Source of the DNA: Octopus vulgaris | Lineage: Eukaryota | Direction: 5' to 3' | Assembly: GCA_951406725.2 (NCBI GenBank) | Contig: OX597824.1 | Location: 79,980,001-80,044,000, forward strand | DNA length: 64,000 bases | Shown: positions 1 through 13,351 of the stretch, one piece after another | Numbering within the stretch: the first letter of the stretch is position 1 | How the letters are laid out: every line of letters starts with the position of its first letter | Notes under the pieces: generated by a model | What the model was told of the DNA's origin: nothing | Seen by the model: the letters and a program-made list of their open reading frames with translations, nothing else | Databases searched by the model: none | Made by a program: the position numbers and the translations under genes

Positions 1-483
1 GAAAGAACGAGGAGGCCTGAGAGGGAGTCAGACAGAGGAATGGAATCAGATTAGAAAGTCAATTACAAGATGCCATTTCATTGGCTTCGAGACCCTTACA
101 AGACTGATCCCTCTTTCTGTCTCTCCTCATTCTCTCTCCCTTACACTCTGCAAATCACCGCAGTCTTAGCCTGTGGCTTGAAAAATCCTGCCAACGTTTC
201 TTCTCTCCGAATTATATAAACTCCATTAAGGAGTTTATATAACTCAGTAGAAAGAGGATGATGGTCAAAGACAGCAATGGATGCGCTACATTTATTCATT
301 TATTTGTTTGTTTGTCCATTTGTTTTTCTTATTTATTTATTTTGTTATTTAATCATTTATTTTCAATTTCGTGTTGCCGTCGCTCACGTCCTAGATAAAG
401 CCGAGTCTCCTCATTGACCAACTTATTTCATCCATACATTCACTTGACAATTAGCACACAAACGCACACACACACACACACAT

Positions 484-517
<34 letters not shown>

Positions 518-879
518 GCGGACAAACTCTCTCTCTCTCTCTCACTCACTCTCACATGTTTTTCCTCTCTATTTCTCCATTAAATCAAACGCTTCGAGAA
601 ATGTTATACTCGTGATCAACTTCTGGGAAACGTACGCACGCATATATACGCACCGATATGCATACATACATACATACATACATACATACATACATACATG
701 CATGCATACATGCATACATACATATATATACAGAAACACACACACACACACACGTACACACGTACACACACACAGGTACATATATTCATGTATACATACA
801 CTTATATAAAATATGGCAACTAAACTGCTATATATATTACGCTTCTTATGCAACCTTATCGAACTCTCCTCTTAATCAA

Positions 880-1170
880 CACCGCCGAAGCCACCATCAA
901 TATCACCGCCGCCGCCACCATCACCATTACCGCCATCGCCGCAGCCGCCGCCGCCGCCGCCGTCGCCACCGACGCCGCCGCCACCGACGTCGCCGCCGCC
1001 ACTGACGTCGCCGCCGCCGCCGCCGCCACTGACGTCGCCGCCGCCGCCGCCGCCACTGACGTCGCCGCCACCACTGACGTCGCCGCCGCCACTGACGCCG
1101 CCGCCGCGGCCACCGACGCCACCGCCGCCACCGCTGCCGCCCCCACCGCTGCCGTCGCCACCACCACCTT
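880..1170. repeat. GC-rich (GCC)n / GACGTCGCCGCCGCCACT-type degenerate minisatellite
   Basis: Repeated gccgccgccactgacgtc units; overlapping poly-Ala, poly-Arg and poly-His ORFs in several frames. Confidence 0.85.
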
Positions 1171-1648
1171 ACTTCGCCATTTTTCTCGTTGTCGTCGTTG
1201 TCGTCATCGTTGTGCATGGCGTTCTCATCATCATCGTCATCATAATCATTATCATCCTCACCACCACCACCATCTAGGGTAACTTGCTTGGTGCAATTCC
1301 ATGGTCAGTGATGACCAAAGGAGGGAGGGTCTCCGCTCTCCATCCTTGTCACTTTAAAATATACTGATTTCTGTTTTTACCTTTACCGCATGAAAACCAT
1401 AATTAATCTATGTGACATATTAAATCTAATCATTCTATTACATCATCGAGCACAAAATATAAGCTGGTCAGTTTGCAGAATCATAAGAAATTTGGACAAA
1501 TGCATAACGGTAACAGTTCCATATCTTTGCTTTTTGATTTCCAATCCCTTCGTGGTCAACTTTGCTTTTAACTCTTCAGGAGACGGCAAATAATTTACTG
1601 TGATCTATTCTACTCTCTGTCTGTGTCTGTCTCTGTCTCTCCATTGCT

Positions 1649-2106
1649 CTTCTTCTTCTTCTTCTTCTTCTTCTTCTTCTTCTTCTTCTTCTTCTTCTTC
1701 TTCTTCTTCTTCTTCTTCTTCTTCTTCTTCTTCTTCTTCTTCCTCCTCCTCCTCTCTTCTTCTTCTTCTTCTTCTTCTTCTTCTTCTTCTTCCATGTTTC
1801 TCTCTTTCTTCCTCTCTCTCTCTTCCTCTCTCTATCTTGCTCTCTCTCTCTCTTCCTCTCTTTCTTTTCCTTCTTCTTCTTCTTCTTCTTCTTCTTCTTC
1901 CACTTCTTTCTCTATATCTTCCTCTCTCTTCTTCTCTCTCTTCCTCTCTCTCTTCTTCTCTCACTTCTCCTCTCTCTTCCTCTCTCTCTTCCTCTCTCTC
2001 TTCCTCTCTCTCTCTTCCTTTCTCTCTTCCTCTCTTTATCGTCCTCTCTCTCTTCCTCTCTTCCTCTCTCTCTCTTCCTCTCTCTGTTTTTTCTCTCTCT
2101 CTCTCT
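1649..2106. repeat. (TTC)n / (CT)n polypyrimidine tract
   Basis: Directly visible. Confidence 0.9.
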
Positions 2107-2971
2107 TGATCTCTCAATATGAGCTTCACTGCGCTGAGAGAGGAGGGGTGGTCACCGCAGATACCTAACAATGTACCTTTCTCCTCAGGTGATGAAAGAG
2201 GATTCAGCTAGCCCCTAGCAATCTCTTCCCGTCAAACATGCTACAAAACCCGTCCCACCCCCACAAAAATACGACCCTCATCCTCCAGAGAATATGGCAG
2301 TGCTGGACAGACCAATCCACTCAATGGCATAAAAAAAATTAAAAGGAAAACACTAAACAACATATGGGGTTAATTCTTCGATAATTATGGCTAATTTCCT
2401 TCTTCACATCATAGCATTTCCTTTCCCACATCAACCACATTCAGGCACGCAGTATCGTCTTTTTTTTTTTATTAAATGTGTTTTTCTTATTTTTTTCCAA
2501 CCGCCAGTGGTGAACATTGGTGTTGTTGTTATTTACAAGTTCCCAACTAGACAATCCCTTGCTTGCTGCATTCTAAGGCGGCGACAGTGAAAGGGTTTTG
2601 TCTTTAATTGACTGCAGACATCTCAAAGAATCTAGTTCAAAGATTACACTTTTATTGCGTGGGGCGGCTCCTCACTGGGTAATTATATCCCTTGCCTACT
2701 TACAACGCCGAAAAATACGTGCATACACAATCATACACGCAAACAAACACACACACACATATGTGACAAGAGATATTTACAGTCAGTGTTATTAGTGTGA
2801 GGTTGAGAGAACATGGGAAAGAGTAAAAAGCAATACGTTTCGGATAAAGTCCGTTTTCAGTTACTAGGGAAATGTCAAAGTTCAGCAGAAAGTAGGGAAA
2901 GAAGTAAATATGAGGTAGACACTAAGAAGAGAACCAGGAAATAATACATGTATGTACATGCATGTATACAT

Positions 2972-3198
2972 ATTCTCTTAATTTCTTTTATTCGTTTCAG
3001 TCATTTGAGTGTGGCCATGCTGGAGCACCGCCTTTTAATCGCAGAAATCGACCCTGGAGATATTCTTTGTTACCCTGGGGCTTATTGTATCAGTCTTTTC
3101 CGCCGAACTGCTAAGTTATGGGGACATAAACACACCAACATCAGTTGTCATGTAATGGTGGGTGGGGGACAAACATAGACACAACGAGACACACATAA

Positions 3199-3263
<65 letters not shown>

Positions 3264-3419
3264 ACGGACTTATTTCAGTTTCCGTCTATCAAATCCACTC
3301 ACAGGGCTTTGGTCGGCCCGTGGCTATTGTAGAAGACACTTACCCCAAGTGCCACGCAGTTGGACTGAACTCGGAACCATGGGGTTAGGAAGCAAGCTTT
3401 TTACCACACAACCACGGCT
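2972..3419 (-). mobile_element. tRNA-derived SINE, family B (CORE-like ccttgggcaagtgtcttct segment, internal TA/TG microsatellite)
   Basis: Reverse complement matches the copy at 31243-31630. Confidence 0.8.
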
Positions 3420-3739
3420 GTACATGTATATATGTGTGTGTTTGTGTGTGAGTGTGTGTCCACACGTCCACACATGCACGCGCGAACGTACAGACGCACA
3501 CAGGCACACACATACACACACATATTTATTCTTCTAAAACAATAATATTATTGACAGTAACTTTGAAGTTTCGGCCAGTTAAGCAAGCCATCGTAGGATT
3601 GTTCAAGAAGAATAAATTTGTATTCTACAAGAGCAAAGCGCACCATATCAAATTAATGTAAAATTGTTTATATTATAACGGAACAGAGAAACAAACATTC
3701 ACACACACACGTACGCACACACACACACACACACACGCA

Positions 3740-3843
<104 letters not shown>

Positions 3844-4305
3844 CGATAAACTTCCATACATTTTCGCTCATTAACCATTGGTCAGCTCAAGGCTACATTG
3901 GGAAGGCGACACTGGGCCCTTGTTCCATGTCCCAAATTTCCACGCATTAAGATCAGACCTGGAAACAGACGAATTGAAATCGAACTCCTTAATCAAACGC
4001 CTCTGTTCGGAAACCATAATTAATCTATGCAACATCTGGTACAACAAAACTAATTCTATTTTAAACGTTAAGTACATCACATAATGTTAGGTTAAATCTT
4101 GAATAATTATCGGTAATTTTCCTCTTTTCAAACTTACTTCCTTCTCTACCACATCAAACGCGCCTCCATGCCCATCAGATAAAAGCGCTATTGTCTTATT
4201 ATCCTATTTTCTATTCTCATGAGTGCTTTTAATATATTTAATGTTAGGAGATTGTTCTACAAAATTAGCGTGCAGTTTCATATAAGCGTAGGAATAACTG
4301 TGGAA

Positions 4306-4900
4306 GGCGGCGAGCTGGCAGAAACGTTAGCACGCCAGGCGAAATGCTTAGCAGTATTTCGTCTGTCGCTATGTTCTGAGTTCAAGTTCCGCCGAGGTCG
4401 ACTTTGTCTTTCATCCTTTCGAGTTCGATTAAATAAGTACCAGTTACTCACTGGGGTCGATATAATCGACTTAATCCGTTTGTCTGTCCTTGTTTGTCCC
4501 TTCTGTGTTTAGCCCCTTGTGTGTAGTAAAGAAATAGGTATTTCGTCTGCCGCTACGTTCTGAGTTAATTTCTGCCGAGGTCGACTTTGCCTTTCATCCT
4601 TTCGGGGTCGATAAAATAAGTACCAGTTAGTCACTGGGGTCGATATAATCGACTTAATCCGTTTGTCTGTCCTTGTTTGTCCCTTCTGTGTTTAACCCCT
4701 TGTGTGTAGTAAAGAAATAGGTATTTCGGCTGCCGCTACGTTCTGAGTTAATTTCTGCCGAGGTCGACTTTGCCTTTCATCCTTTCGGGGTCGATTAAAT
4801 AAGTACCAGTTAGTCACTGGGGTCGATATAATCGACTTAATCCGTTTGTCTGTCCTTGTTTGTCCTCTTTGTGTTTAGCCCCTCGTGGGTATTAAAGAAA
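4306..4900 (+). mobile_element. tRNA-derived SINE, family A, with three tandem ~183-bp body units
   Basis: Head ggcggcgagctggcagaaacgttagc, B-box-like gagttcaagttcc; unit repeated three times; flanking taggaataac at 4289-4298 and 4901-4910 is a probable TSD. Confidence 0.85.
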
Positions 4901-4910
4901 TAGGAATAAC

Positions 4911-5482
4911 AGTGTGGTTAAGTCGCTCGCTTTGCAACTGCGTGCTTTGTGAGTAATTTGGGGAAAATGGAAACTGTGTGTAAGCCTGTTGTGTATATAT
5001 GTGTATGTATATGTCTTTGTGTGGAGGCGTGTGGCTTAGTGGTTAGGGTGTCAGCACCATGATCGTAAGATTGAGGTTTCGTTTCCTGAACCGGGCGACG
5101 TGGTGTGTTCGTGAGCAAAACACTTCATTTCACGTTGCTCCAGTCCACTCAGCTGGTAGAAATGAGTAACGCTGCGATGGACTGGCGTCCCGTCCAGCTG
5201 GGGAACACATACGCCATAGAAACCGGGAAACCAGGCCCATGAACCTGGCTAGGCTTTAAAAGGGCGCATTTATTTATTATATGCTTTTGTGCTTGTCCCC
5301 CGCCTCAACTTGACGATCGTTGTTGGTTTGTTTACATCCCAGTAACCAAGCAGTTCCATAAAAGAGCCCGCTAGAAAGAGTAGCAGACTTAAAAAAAAAC
5401 TACTAGGATCTATTTGATAGACCGAAGCCTCCAAGTGGTGCTCCAGCATGGCCACAATCCAAATACGGAAACAGCATAAAAA
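4911..5482 (+). mobile_element. Degenerate SINE family B split by a family C insertion
   Basis: 5' part at 4911-5020 and 3' part (ggtgctccagcatggccac) at 5283-5482. Confidence 0.6.
5021..5270 (+). mobile_element. tRNA-derived SINE, family C (V-domain-like gcgatggactggcgtcccgtccag)
   Basis: A box tggcttagtgg, B box ggtttcgtttcc; near-identical to 24285-24533. Confidence 0.8.
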
Positions 5483-5742
5483 GATATTTGCTTCAAAACC
5501 TAAGCACAAAGGAAACAAAGCAAAAAAAAAAAATGGTGGAAGGGATTAGTCGATTACATCTACCCAAGTATATTACTGGTACTTTTCTCTAAACGACACT
5601 TTGGAGGGATGGAAAATAAAGCTGATTTCGGAGGGACTTGAACACAATTATATAATTGACTTTAATGTATCTAAGATGTGGGGTAACTGACGAACAATTT
5701 GATGGGTTTTAGTTTTACATTTTTTACTATTTAAATTGGTGC

Positions 5743-6110
5743 AGGCGTGGCTGTGTGGGTAAGAAGTTTACTTCCCAATCACACGGTCCCGGTTTCAGTC
5801 CCATTGCGTAGTTCCTTGAGCGAATGTCATATACCGTATCTTCGGGCCAAACAAAGCGTTTGAGTGGATTTGGTAGACGGAAACTGAAACAAGCTCGTCG
5901 TATATATATATATCTATATATATATTTAAATAGGTGTATGTGCGTGTTTTCCGTACCACCGCTTGTCAACCGGTGTTGGTGTGTTTACGTCCCTGCAACT
6001 TAGCGGTTCGGCAAAAGAGTGCACTAGAATGAATACCACGCTTAAAAACAAGGAAAATGTACTGGGGTCGATTCATTCGACTAAAAAAATTCTTATACAC
6101 AGGGCCCCAA
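5743..6110 (+). mobile_element. SINE family B
   Basis: ggcgtggctgtgtgg head; gtggatttggtagacggaaactgaaa body. Confidence 0.75.
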
Positions 6111-6219
6111 GTAAAAGACGAAAGAAACTGTTGAGCGGCAGTGGGTTAGTTACAACAACATTAGACTGGTGATCGGTAAGCTCACGACTTGTTTTGCTGA
6201 GGGTTTAGTTATTGGTTCT

Positions 6220-6733
6220 GTGAAGGCGCATGGCTCAGTGGTTAGAGAGTCGAGCTCACGATCGTGAGGTTGTGAGCTCGAATCCCGGACCGGGTTGCGT
6301 ATTGTGTTCTTGAGCAAGACACCTTATTTCACATTGCTCCAGTTCACTCAGCTGTAGAAATGAGTTGCGACGTCACAGGTGCCAAGCTGTATCGGACCCT
6401 TTGCCTTTCCCTTGGATAACACTGGTGGCGCAGAGAGTGTAGGACGGTGTGCATGGCGACTGCTGGTCTTCCATAAACAACCTTACCCGGACTTGTGCCT
6501 GGGAGGGTAACATTCTAGGTGCAATCCCATGGTCTGTGTCGTGACCGAAGGGGGACTCAGATCCCTCTCTCTCTCTCTCTCTCTCTTAGTTATTGGTTGT
6601 ATGTCATTGTGTGGAGGCGCGTGGCTTCGTGGTGAGGATGTCAGCATCATGATAGTAAGATTGTGGTTTCGATTCCTTGACCGGGCGACGCGTTGTGTTC
6701 TTGAGCAAAACACTTCATTTCACGTTGCTCCAG
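6220..6733 (+). mobile_element. Two family C-related SINEs (6220-6558 with a variant tail; 6611-6733 truncated)
   Basis: tRNA-like A/B boxes followed by the shared ttgtgttcttgagcaa..acac..atttcac body. Confidence 0.7.
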
Positions 6734-6897
6734 ATATTTACTTTAATTTTTGGCAACGAAGGCATACCCCACTTTTTTTTTTTTTTTAGCTTAGAGCTAT
6801 AGTAGAAGACATTTACCCAAGGTGCCGCACGTTAGGACTGAACCTTGAACCATATGTTTGAGAAGCAGGCTTCTAACCTTGCGTGGTGTATTGTAGC

Positions 6898-7267
6898 TTG
6901 GAAGCACTCCGTCGGTTACGATGACGAGGGTTCCGGTTGATCCGAATCAACGGAACAGCCTGCTCGTGAAATTAGCGTGTACAGACACGCGTACCCTTAA
7001 CGTAGTTCTCGGGGATATTCAGCGTGACACAGAGAGTGACAAGGCCGGCCCCTTGAAATACAGGTACAACAGAAACAGGAAGTAAGAGTGAGAGAAAGTT
7101 GTGGTGAAAGAGTACAGCAGGGATCACCACCATCCCCTGCCGGAGCCTCGTGGAGCTTTTAGGTGTTTTCGCTCAATAAACACTCACAACGCCCGGTCTG
7201 GGAATCGAAACCGCGATCCTATGACCGCGAGTCCGCTGCCCTAACCACTGGGCCATTGCGCCTCCAC
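6898..7267 (-). mobile_element. Full-length tRNA-derived SINE, family D, with 11-bp TSD
   Basis: Minus-strand A box tggcccagtgg and B box ggtttcgattcc; TSD tgtattgtagc at 6887-6897 and 7268-7278. Confidence 0.9.
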
Positions 7268-7769
7268 TGTATTGTAGCACAGTGGCAGAGTGTAGTATGC
7301 AGTGCTGTGGCTTAAGGCGGAGTGGTGTAGTGGGGCGGGGGGGGAAGCGGGGTGCGGTGCAAATCGGAGTGGTGTAGTTATATCCTTAATGATGCAGTGG
7401 CGTGTGGTGGGGGTGGGGGGATCAGATAGTGAGGAATGGCGCGGTGTACTATGGAGTGATAGTTAAGGGTGTAAATAAATAGTGGCGGGGGATGTGGTAG
7501 ATGTAATATGGTGTAGCAGTTTGGTGTGGTGTGGGTTGGTGTCAGGTTGTCAGGTGGAGCGGAGTGGTGTATAGCGGCGTGGGGGCTGTTCGGTGTGGTG
7601 TCTTGTCTGTTTTACAAGTGTCCCTACGCCGCGTTGACTTGTGCACTTGTGTACATTAATTCTAATTAACGCGTTATGTCTGCTCGGACTGCCAGGTCCC
7701 ATCGGGGGAAAAAGGAAAACGTTGAAAGCCAGGCTTTCTTACGCTTCGATAACTTTATTGACAATGCAT

Positions 7770-7803
7770 TATATACATACATTACATGCATACATACATA
7801 AGC

Positions 7804-7868
<65 letters not shown>

Positions 7869-8102
7869 CATAGATATATACATATATATGTATATATATG
7901 TATATATACATACATACATACAAACATGTACACACACACGCATATATATATATATATATATATACATATATACATACACATATATATACATATGTACATA
8001 CATAAATACATATATATGTATGTATGGATGGATGTATACATATAGCTAAATATTTTACATAAATATATATATAGATATGAGTCTGTGCTTCTGTGTGTTA
8101 TA

Positions 8103-8159
<57 letters not shown>

Positions 8160-8160
8160 G

Positions 8161-8193
<33 letters not shown>

Positions 8194-8439
8194 GTACAGA
8201 TATATATATACATATATATACACACATATATATATATACAAAGAGAGAGATAGAGAGAGAGAAAGAGAGAGAGAGAGAGGGGGAGGGAGAGAGAGAGATG
8301 CATATATGATTCCTTTTATATTATATTTCTTGACTCTGGTGATGTGGATTTATTTTTTTCTCCTTCCGTTTCGGCTTATAATGTCCGCTGTGGCGTATGT
8401 ATGTGTGCAAAAGTGTGAATGTCTGCACGCATGCATTCG

Positions 8440-8476
<37 letters not shown>

Positions 8477-8729
8477 GTCTCCATGTCTGTCTGTATGTAT
8501 GTATGCGTTCCTATCGATATCAGTGTTTCTTGCGAGCGTGCATAGATGTATGACTTATCCACGAGTGTGCGTGTCTAAAATGGTGGCTGGGTGAGAGGGA
8601 CAGAGAAAAAATAGTTGGGTTCCATTGTAGAGAAATGAGCGAGTACACACACACATATTTACGTATGTATATGTATCTCACAGTTCATTCGTTTTTGTTT
8701 CCCAATATAGTTCTTTTGTTTTTCTATTG

Positions 8730-8823
<94 letters not shown>

Positions 8824-9143
8824 TATTATTATTTTTTTTGTGGTTCCTTTCACTTTTATTTCAATTTTATCTTTTTCTAGTTGAGGGAGCCACTCTATTG
8901 GTATTAATACTTTCAGTTTCTCTCTCCAGTCTCTCTCTCTCTCTCTCTTTCCCGTTCACTGTGTTTATGTGGGTACGTGTGTGTGTTTGTGTGTGTGTGT
9001 GTGAGTGCGTGTGTGTCTGTCTGTGTATAAGGCTGTTTTATATTCATGTATAAATATATAGATATATATACATACACGCACACACACACACACATTGTAT
9101 TATATGTACACGAACACGTAGTTGTCATATATATACACATACG

Positions 9144-9187
<44 letters not shown>

Positions 9188-9272
9188 AGATCGATAGATA
9201 TATACACGCACACACACACATATATATACACATATATACACACACAGATACATATGCATATGTAGATATGTA

Positions 9273-9309
<37 letters not shown>

Positions 9310-9339
9310 CACGCATATGCATATACATATGAAGTATCA

Positions 9340-9371
<32 letters not shown>

Positions 9372-9417
9372 TCTTGTGTGTGTTTAGTACTCATACAAGC
9401 ACACGATCACATATATG

Positions 9418-9453
<36 letters not shown>

Positions 9454-9621
9454 CATACGTCTATATGCACATTTGGTTTGTTCTTCCATGTGTCTATCAT
9501 TTTTATTCATCTGTTTGCCTATCAATCAGTGTGTCACCGTCCGTGTATCTTTACATTACTCAAACTTCCACACACACACGCATATGTACTCACAAACACA
9601 TACATATACTCAAACACATAA

Positions 9622-9683
<62 letters not shown>

Positions 9684-9862
9684 GACTCAGCGGTTCTCTC
9701 CCTTTCCATATATTTTCCAATCACTCCTGCTAATTTTCCCCGATTACTCTATATTTTTCTACGTTTACATCCAACCCTCTAACTATCCCTCTCGTATAGC
9801 TATCTCTCTTTCTGCCATTCTCCTCGCTTTCTCTCTCTTTCAGCCAATCGCCTCACTCTCTC

Positions 9863-9907
<45 letters not shown>

Positions 9908-10357
9908 GTTTCCGTTCCAATTCTTTCTCTTTTGACGTTGTCTTATTCAAATTATTTATAACCTTCAGTTCTTCAGTACTTTTCTCTTTAAAGATAAATA
10001 TATTCAGTTTTTTATTTTGTGGTACGCATACACCCGCATAAACACACATACGCACATACATCTATGCACACACAGACACAATATCACACACACACATACA
10101 CAGGCATACACGTAAACATGCGTATATTCATCCACACATACACACACACACACACACGTATATATACATACATACACATATACATACATACACAAACACA
10201 CATATATACGTCAATACAATAATACACAGATGTATAGCTATTATTACACCTATGTGCACGTGTCTATGTATGTATATACCTATGTGCGGCGTGTATACAT
10301 ACATATATATATATATATAAATATATATATATATGTATGTATATATGTATGTATGTA

Positions 10358-10416
<59 letters not shown>

Positions 10417-10437
10417 TTATGTATATATATGTATGTA

Positions 10438-10528
<91 letters not shown>

Positions 10529-10553
10529 GTATATATATGTATGTATATATATG

Positions 10554-10618
<65 letters not shown>

Positions 10619-10620
10619 GT

Positions 10621-10662
<42 letters not shown>
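7770..10662. repeat. Compound (TA)n/(CA)n/(TACA)n/(TTA)n/(GA)n microsatellite field
   Basis: Directly visible; source of the YIYI/CVCV ORFs. Confidence 0.9.
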
Positions 10663-10666
<4 letters not shown>

Positions 10667-10762
10667 ATAAAACGGTAAGATAACAAAAGAAAGAAAGAGA
10701 CCTCAATATTATGTAAATAGAGGAAATTTATCTATACAATATGTTACATTACTCGGTAGTCA

Positions 10763-10825
10763 AGATAAAACTCTGAGTTTCAGATGCCGAAGTGGAAATC
10801 CACAACACCATCTCTTCGGTTATCT
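10763..10825 (-). ncRNA. Hammerhead-ribozyme-like fold (mirror copy of 11987-12049)
   Basis: Reverse complement of the right-arm motif. Confidence 0.55.
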
Positions 10826-11225
10826 GGCTATTTGAAAACGTTATGAAAAAATACCGTTAAAAATGAAGGGAAATTACTCTGTTATAACTCTGCTTTGCCT
10901 GCGTACTTATACATCGCTCGCATTTTTCGTCATAAAAATTATATAAAAATACATAAAAATATATAAAAATATATAAAAATATATAAAATCTTCTTGGGAC
11001 ATAACACAGAAAGCATGTTCTATCCGTTTTCTTTAGGGGACCAAAAACGTAACAGAAATTTAGTCACATGTGGGCATGATCCGAAAAGTTCTGTCCTTGT
11101 ATTTAGAGATGTGGTAGGGTCTAAGCTGCTTTTCCAGATAAGCCATCTCTCCATGTCGCATAAACCGCACCTTCCGCTGCCGTTAGTATAGGGCTTACAT
11201 CTGGCCAAAATCTTCCATTGTATGT

Positions 11226-11792
11226 TATAGGAAACTCTTCAATAGACACAATTTAAAAATTAGTTTTAGTTCAACTACCAATTTTAAAAACATAATCAAT
11301 CATAACATACAAAAAACACAAGAAGAAAACAGCTGTTCATGCAGGAATAAAGAATTGTGCCCGCTAAATGGAGCTTGCATGTCCAAGACCATCATATATG
11401 AAGCTACCGTAAACTCTATAACCACTAAAGACACCGTTTTGACGAAGAAATACGTGGGCCTGACAGAGGGTAATTTCAAGGCCAGGTTCAATAACCACAC
11501 TTTGAGCTTTAGGCACTGGAACAAAAGAAAAGCGACACAATTATCCAATCATATTTGGTCTTTAAGAGATAAAGGTGTCGATTATAACATACAATGGAAG
11601 ATTTTGGCCAGATGTAAGCCCTATACTAACGGCAGCGGAAGGTGCGGTTTATGCGACATGGAGAGATGGCTTATCTGGAAAAGCAGCTTAGACCCTACCA
11701 CATGTCTAAATACAAGGACAGAACTTTTCGGATCATGCCCACATGTGACTAAATTTCTGTTACGTTTTTGGTCCCCTAAAGAAAACGGATAG
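11226..11792 (+). pseudogene. C-terminal part of a PLE ORF: linker, Cys-rich motif and GIY-YIG endonuclease
   Basis: Open frame YRKLFNRHNLKISFSS...CSCRNKELCPLNGAC...IIY...KYVGLTEGNFKARFNNH...CGLCDME...LN...CPH; RT domain absent. Confidence 0.88.
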
Positions 11793-11986
11793 AACATGCT
11801 TTCTGTGTTATGTCCCAAGAAGATTTTATATATTTTTATATATTTTTATATATTTTTATGTATTTTTATATAATTTTTATGACGAAAAATGCGAGCGATG
11901 TATAAGTACGCAGGCAAAGCAGAGTTATAACAGAGTAATTTCCCTTCATTTTTAACGGTATTTTTTCATAACGTTTTCAAATAGCC

Positions 11987-12049
11987 AGATAACCGAAGAG
12001 ATGGTGTTGTGGATTTCCACTTCGGCATCTGAAACTCAGAGTTTTATCT
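11987..12049 (+). ncRNA. Type I hammerhead-like fold, variant core CCGAAGA...GAAA...GUU
   Basis: Stem I agataa/ttatct; ccgaaga; stem II gatg/catc with inner gtgg/ccac hairpin; gaaac-tcaga-gtt; lies in the PLE 3' UTR. Confidence 0.55.
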
Positions 12050-12071
12050 TGACTACCGAGTAATGTAACAT

Positions 12072-12149
<78 letters not shown>

Positions 12150-12178
12150 CGGGTGATTTTTTCATGGCATCAGTATGA

Positions 12179-12211
<33 letters not shown>

Positions 12212-12489
12212 GTGTGTGTGTGTGTGTACACGCGCTTGCATACATATTTGTGTAGCTCTGCTTCTTAAACATACACTCTCTCTCTCTCTCTCTCTCTCTT
12301 TTTCCTTGTCACTTCCTGACGGAAAACCTCCGTCCATCGATATCACTGCATGCTTTCTTCATATAACCCCCCCACCACCACCACCACCCTTACACCCACC
12401 CCATGACCATCCCCCCCGCCATCATAATCATATTCGTCAGCGTCGTCATCGGCGATGTTGGTCCTTGTTGCTGTTTCCGTCTTCCCCGC

Positions 12490-12538
12490 CTCCTCTCAGT
12501 CGTCGTCGTCCTCGTCCTCCTCCTCATCGTCATCATCG

Positions 12539-12615
<77 letters not shown>

Positions 12616-12971
12616 TTAATGGTGCCATCATGATCAACAGCATCATCGACATTTATATCATCGTCACCATCATTATCATCGTGGTCATCATCATCATCGT
12701 TGTCATCATCATCATCATGATTTTCATCATTGTCATTGTCATCATTCACCTCGTCGTCGTCGTCGTCGTCCTCCTCATTTTCATCATTGTCATCATAATC
12801 ATCATCATCATCATCATCATCGTCGTCGTCGTCGTCGTCGTCATCATCATCGTTGTCATCATCATCATTATCATCATTGTCGCCGTCATCTCACCATCGT
12901 CATCGACACAGTCATCGTTCTCTTCTCATTTCACTTGCTCTTCCTCATCATCCTCGTCATCATCATCATCG

Positions 12972-13045
<74 letters not shown>
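12490..13045. repeat. (CAT)n/(CGT)n trinucleotide field
   Basis: Directly visible. Confidence 0.9.
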
Positions 13046-13351
13046 GTTGTTATTATCTTCTTCGACATTATCGACATTATGCTGGATCTTCAAGAACCAA
13101 ATAAAGAACAGATTGCAATCCCAGGATCACCCTGATTCCAAAAATGTATAATATGTCTATGTAAAGCAAATGTAGGCTGAGATACAGTATTCCCGAACAG
13201 ACAGAATCTCACGTTTATTAATATAGACATATGTATACATATATACTTAGGCATACACTCAAACAATTATTATATTACAAATGACTTCTTTGCTAACAGT
13301 CTTTCGGCTACAGCACTTTAAATTCCCTAATCATCTTTACTAGGGGGTCTA

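Larger units (their letters stand above)
10663..12079. mobile_element. Penelope-like element (Neptune-type), 5'-truncated, with inverted duplicated 3' end, inserted in (TA)n
   Basis: 497-bp inverted arms 10733-11229 and 11583-12079 (one mismatch noticed); GIY-YIG ORF; (TA)n on both sides. Confidence 0.9.

Noticed and set aside
212-242. 13-bp hairpin ttatataaactcc/ggagtttatataa
   Set aside because: Isolated and AT-rich; no Helitron CTRR end or other context
4306-4900. Regularly spaced repeats suggestive of a CRISPR array
   Set aside because: Units are ~183-bp whole-sequence tandem copies without unique spacers; eukaryotic SINE context and no cas genes
6898-7267. tRNA gene candidates (A/B boxes) here and at other SINE heads
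   Set aside because: They continue into SINE bodies, some with TSDs; no complete cloverleaf is supported
11229-11792. Stand-alone GIY-YIG endonuclease gene flanked by TIRs (novel DNA transposon)
   Set aside because: The frame lacks a start and begins mid-linker of a PLE polyprotein; the arms include coding sequence and 3' UTR, which fits an inverted retro-copy rather than TIRs
12141-13151. 336-aa ORF with an apparent transmembrane stretch
   Set aside because: (CAT)n/(CGT)n repeat translation
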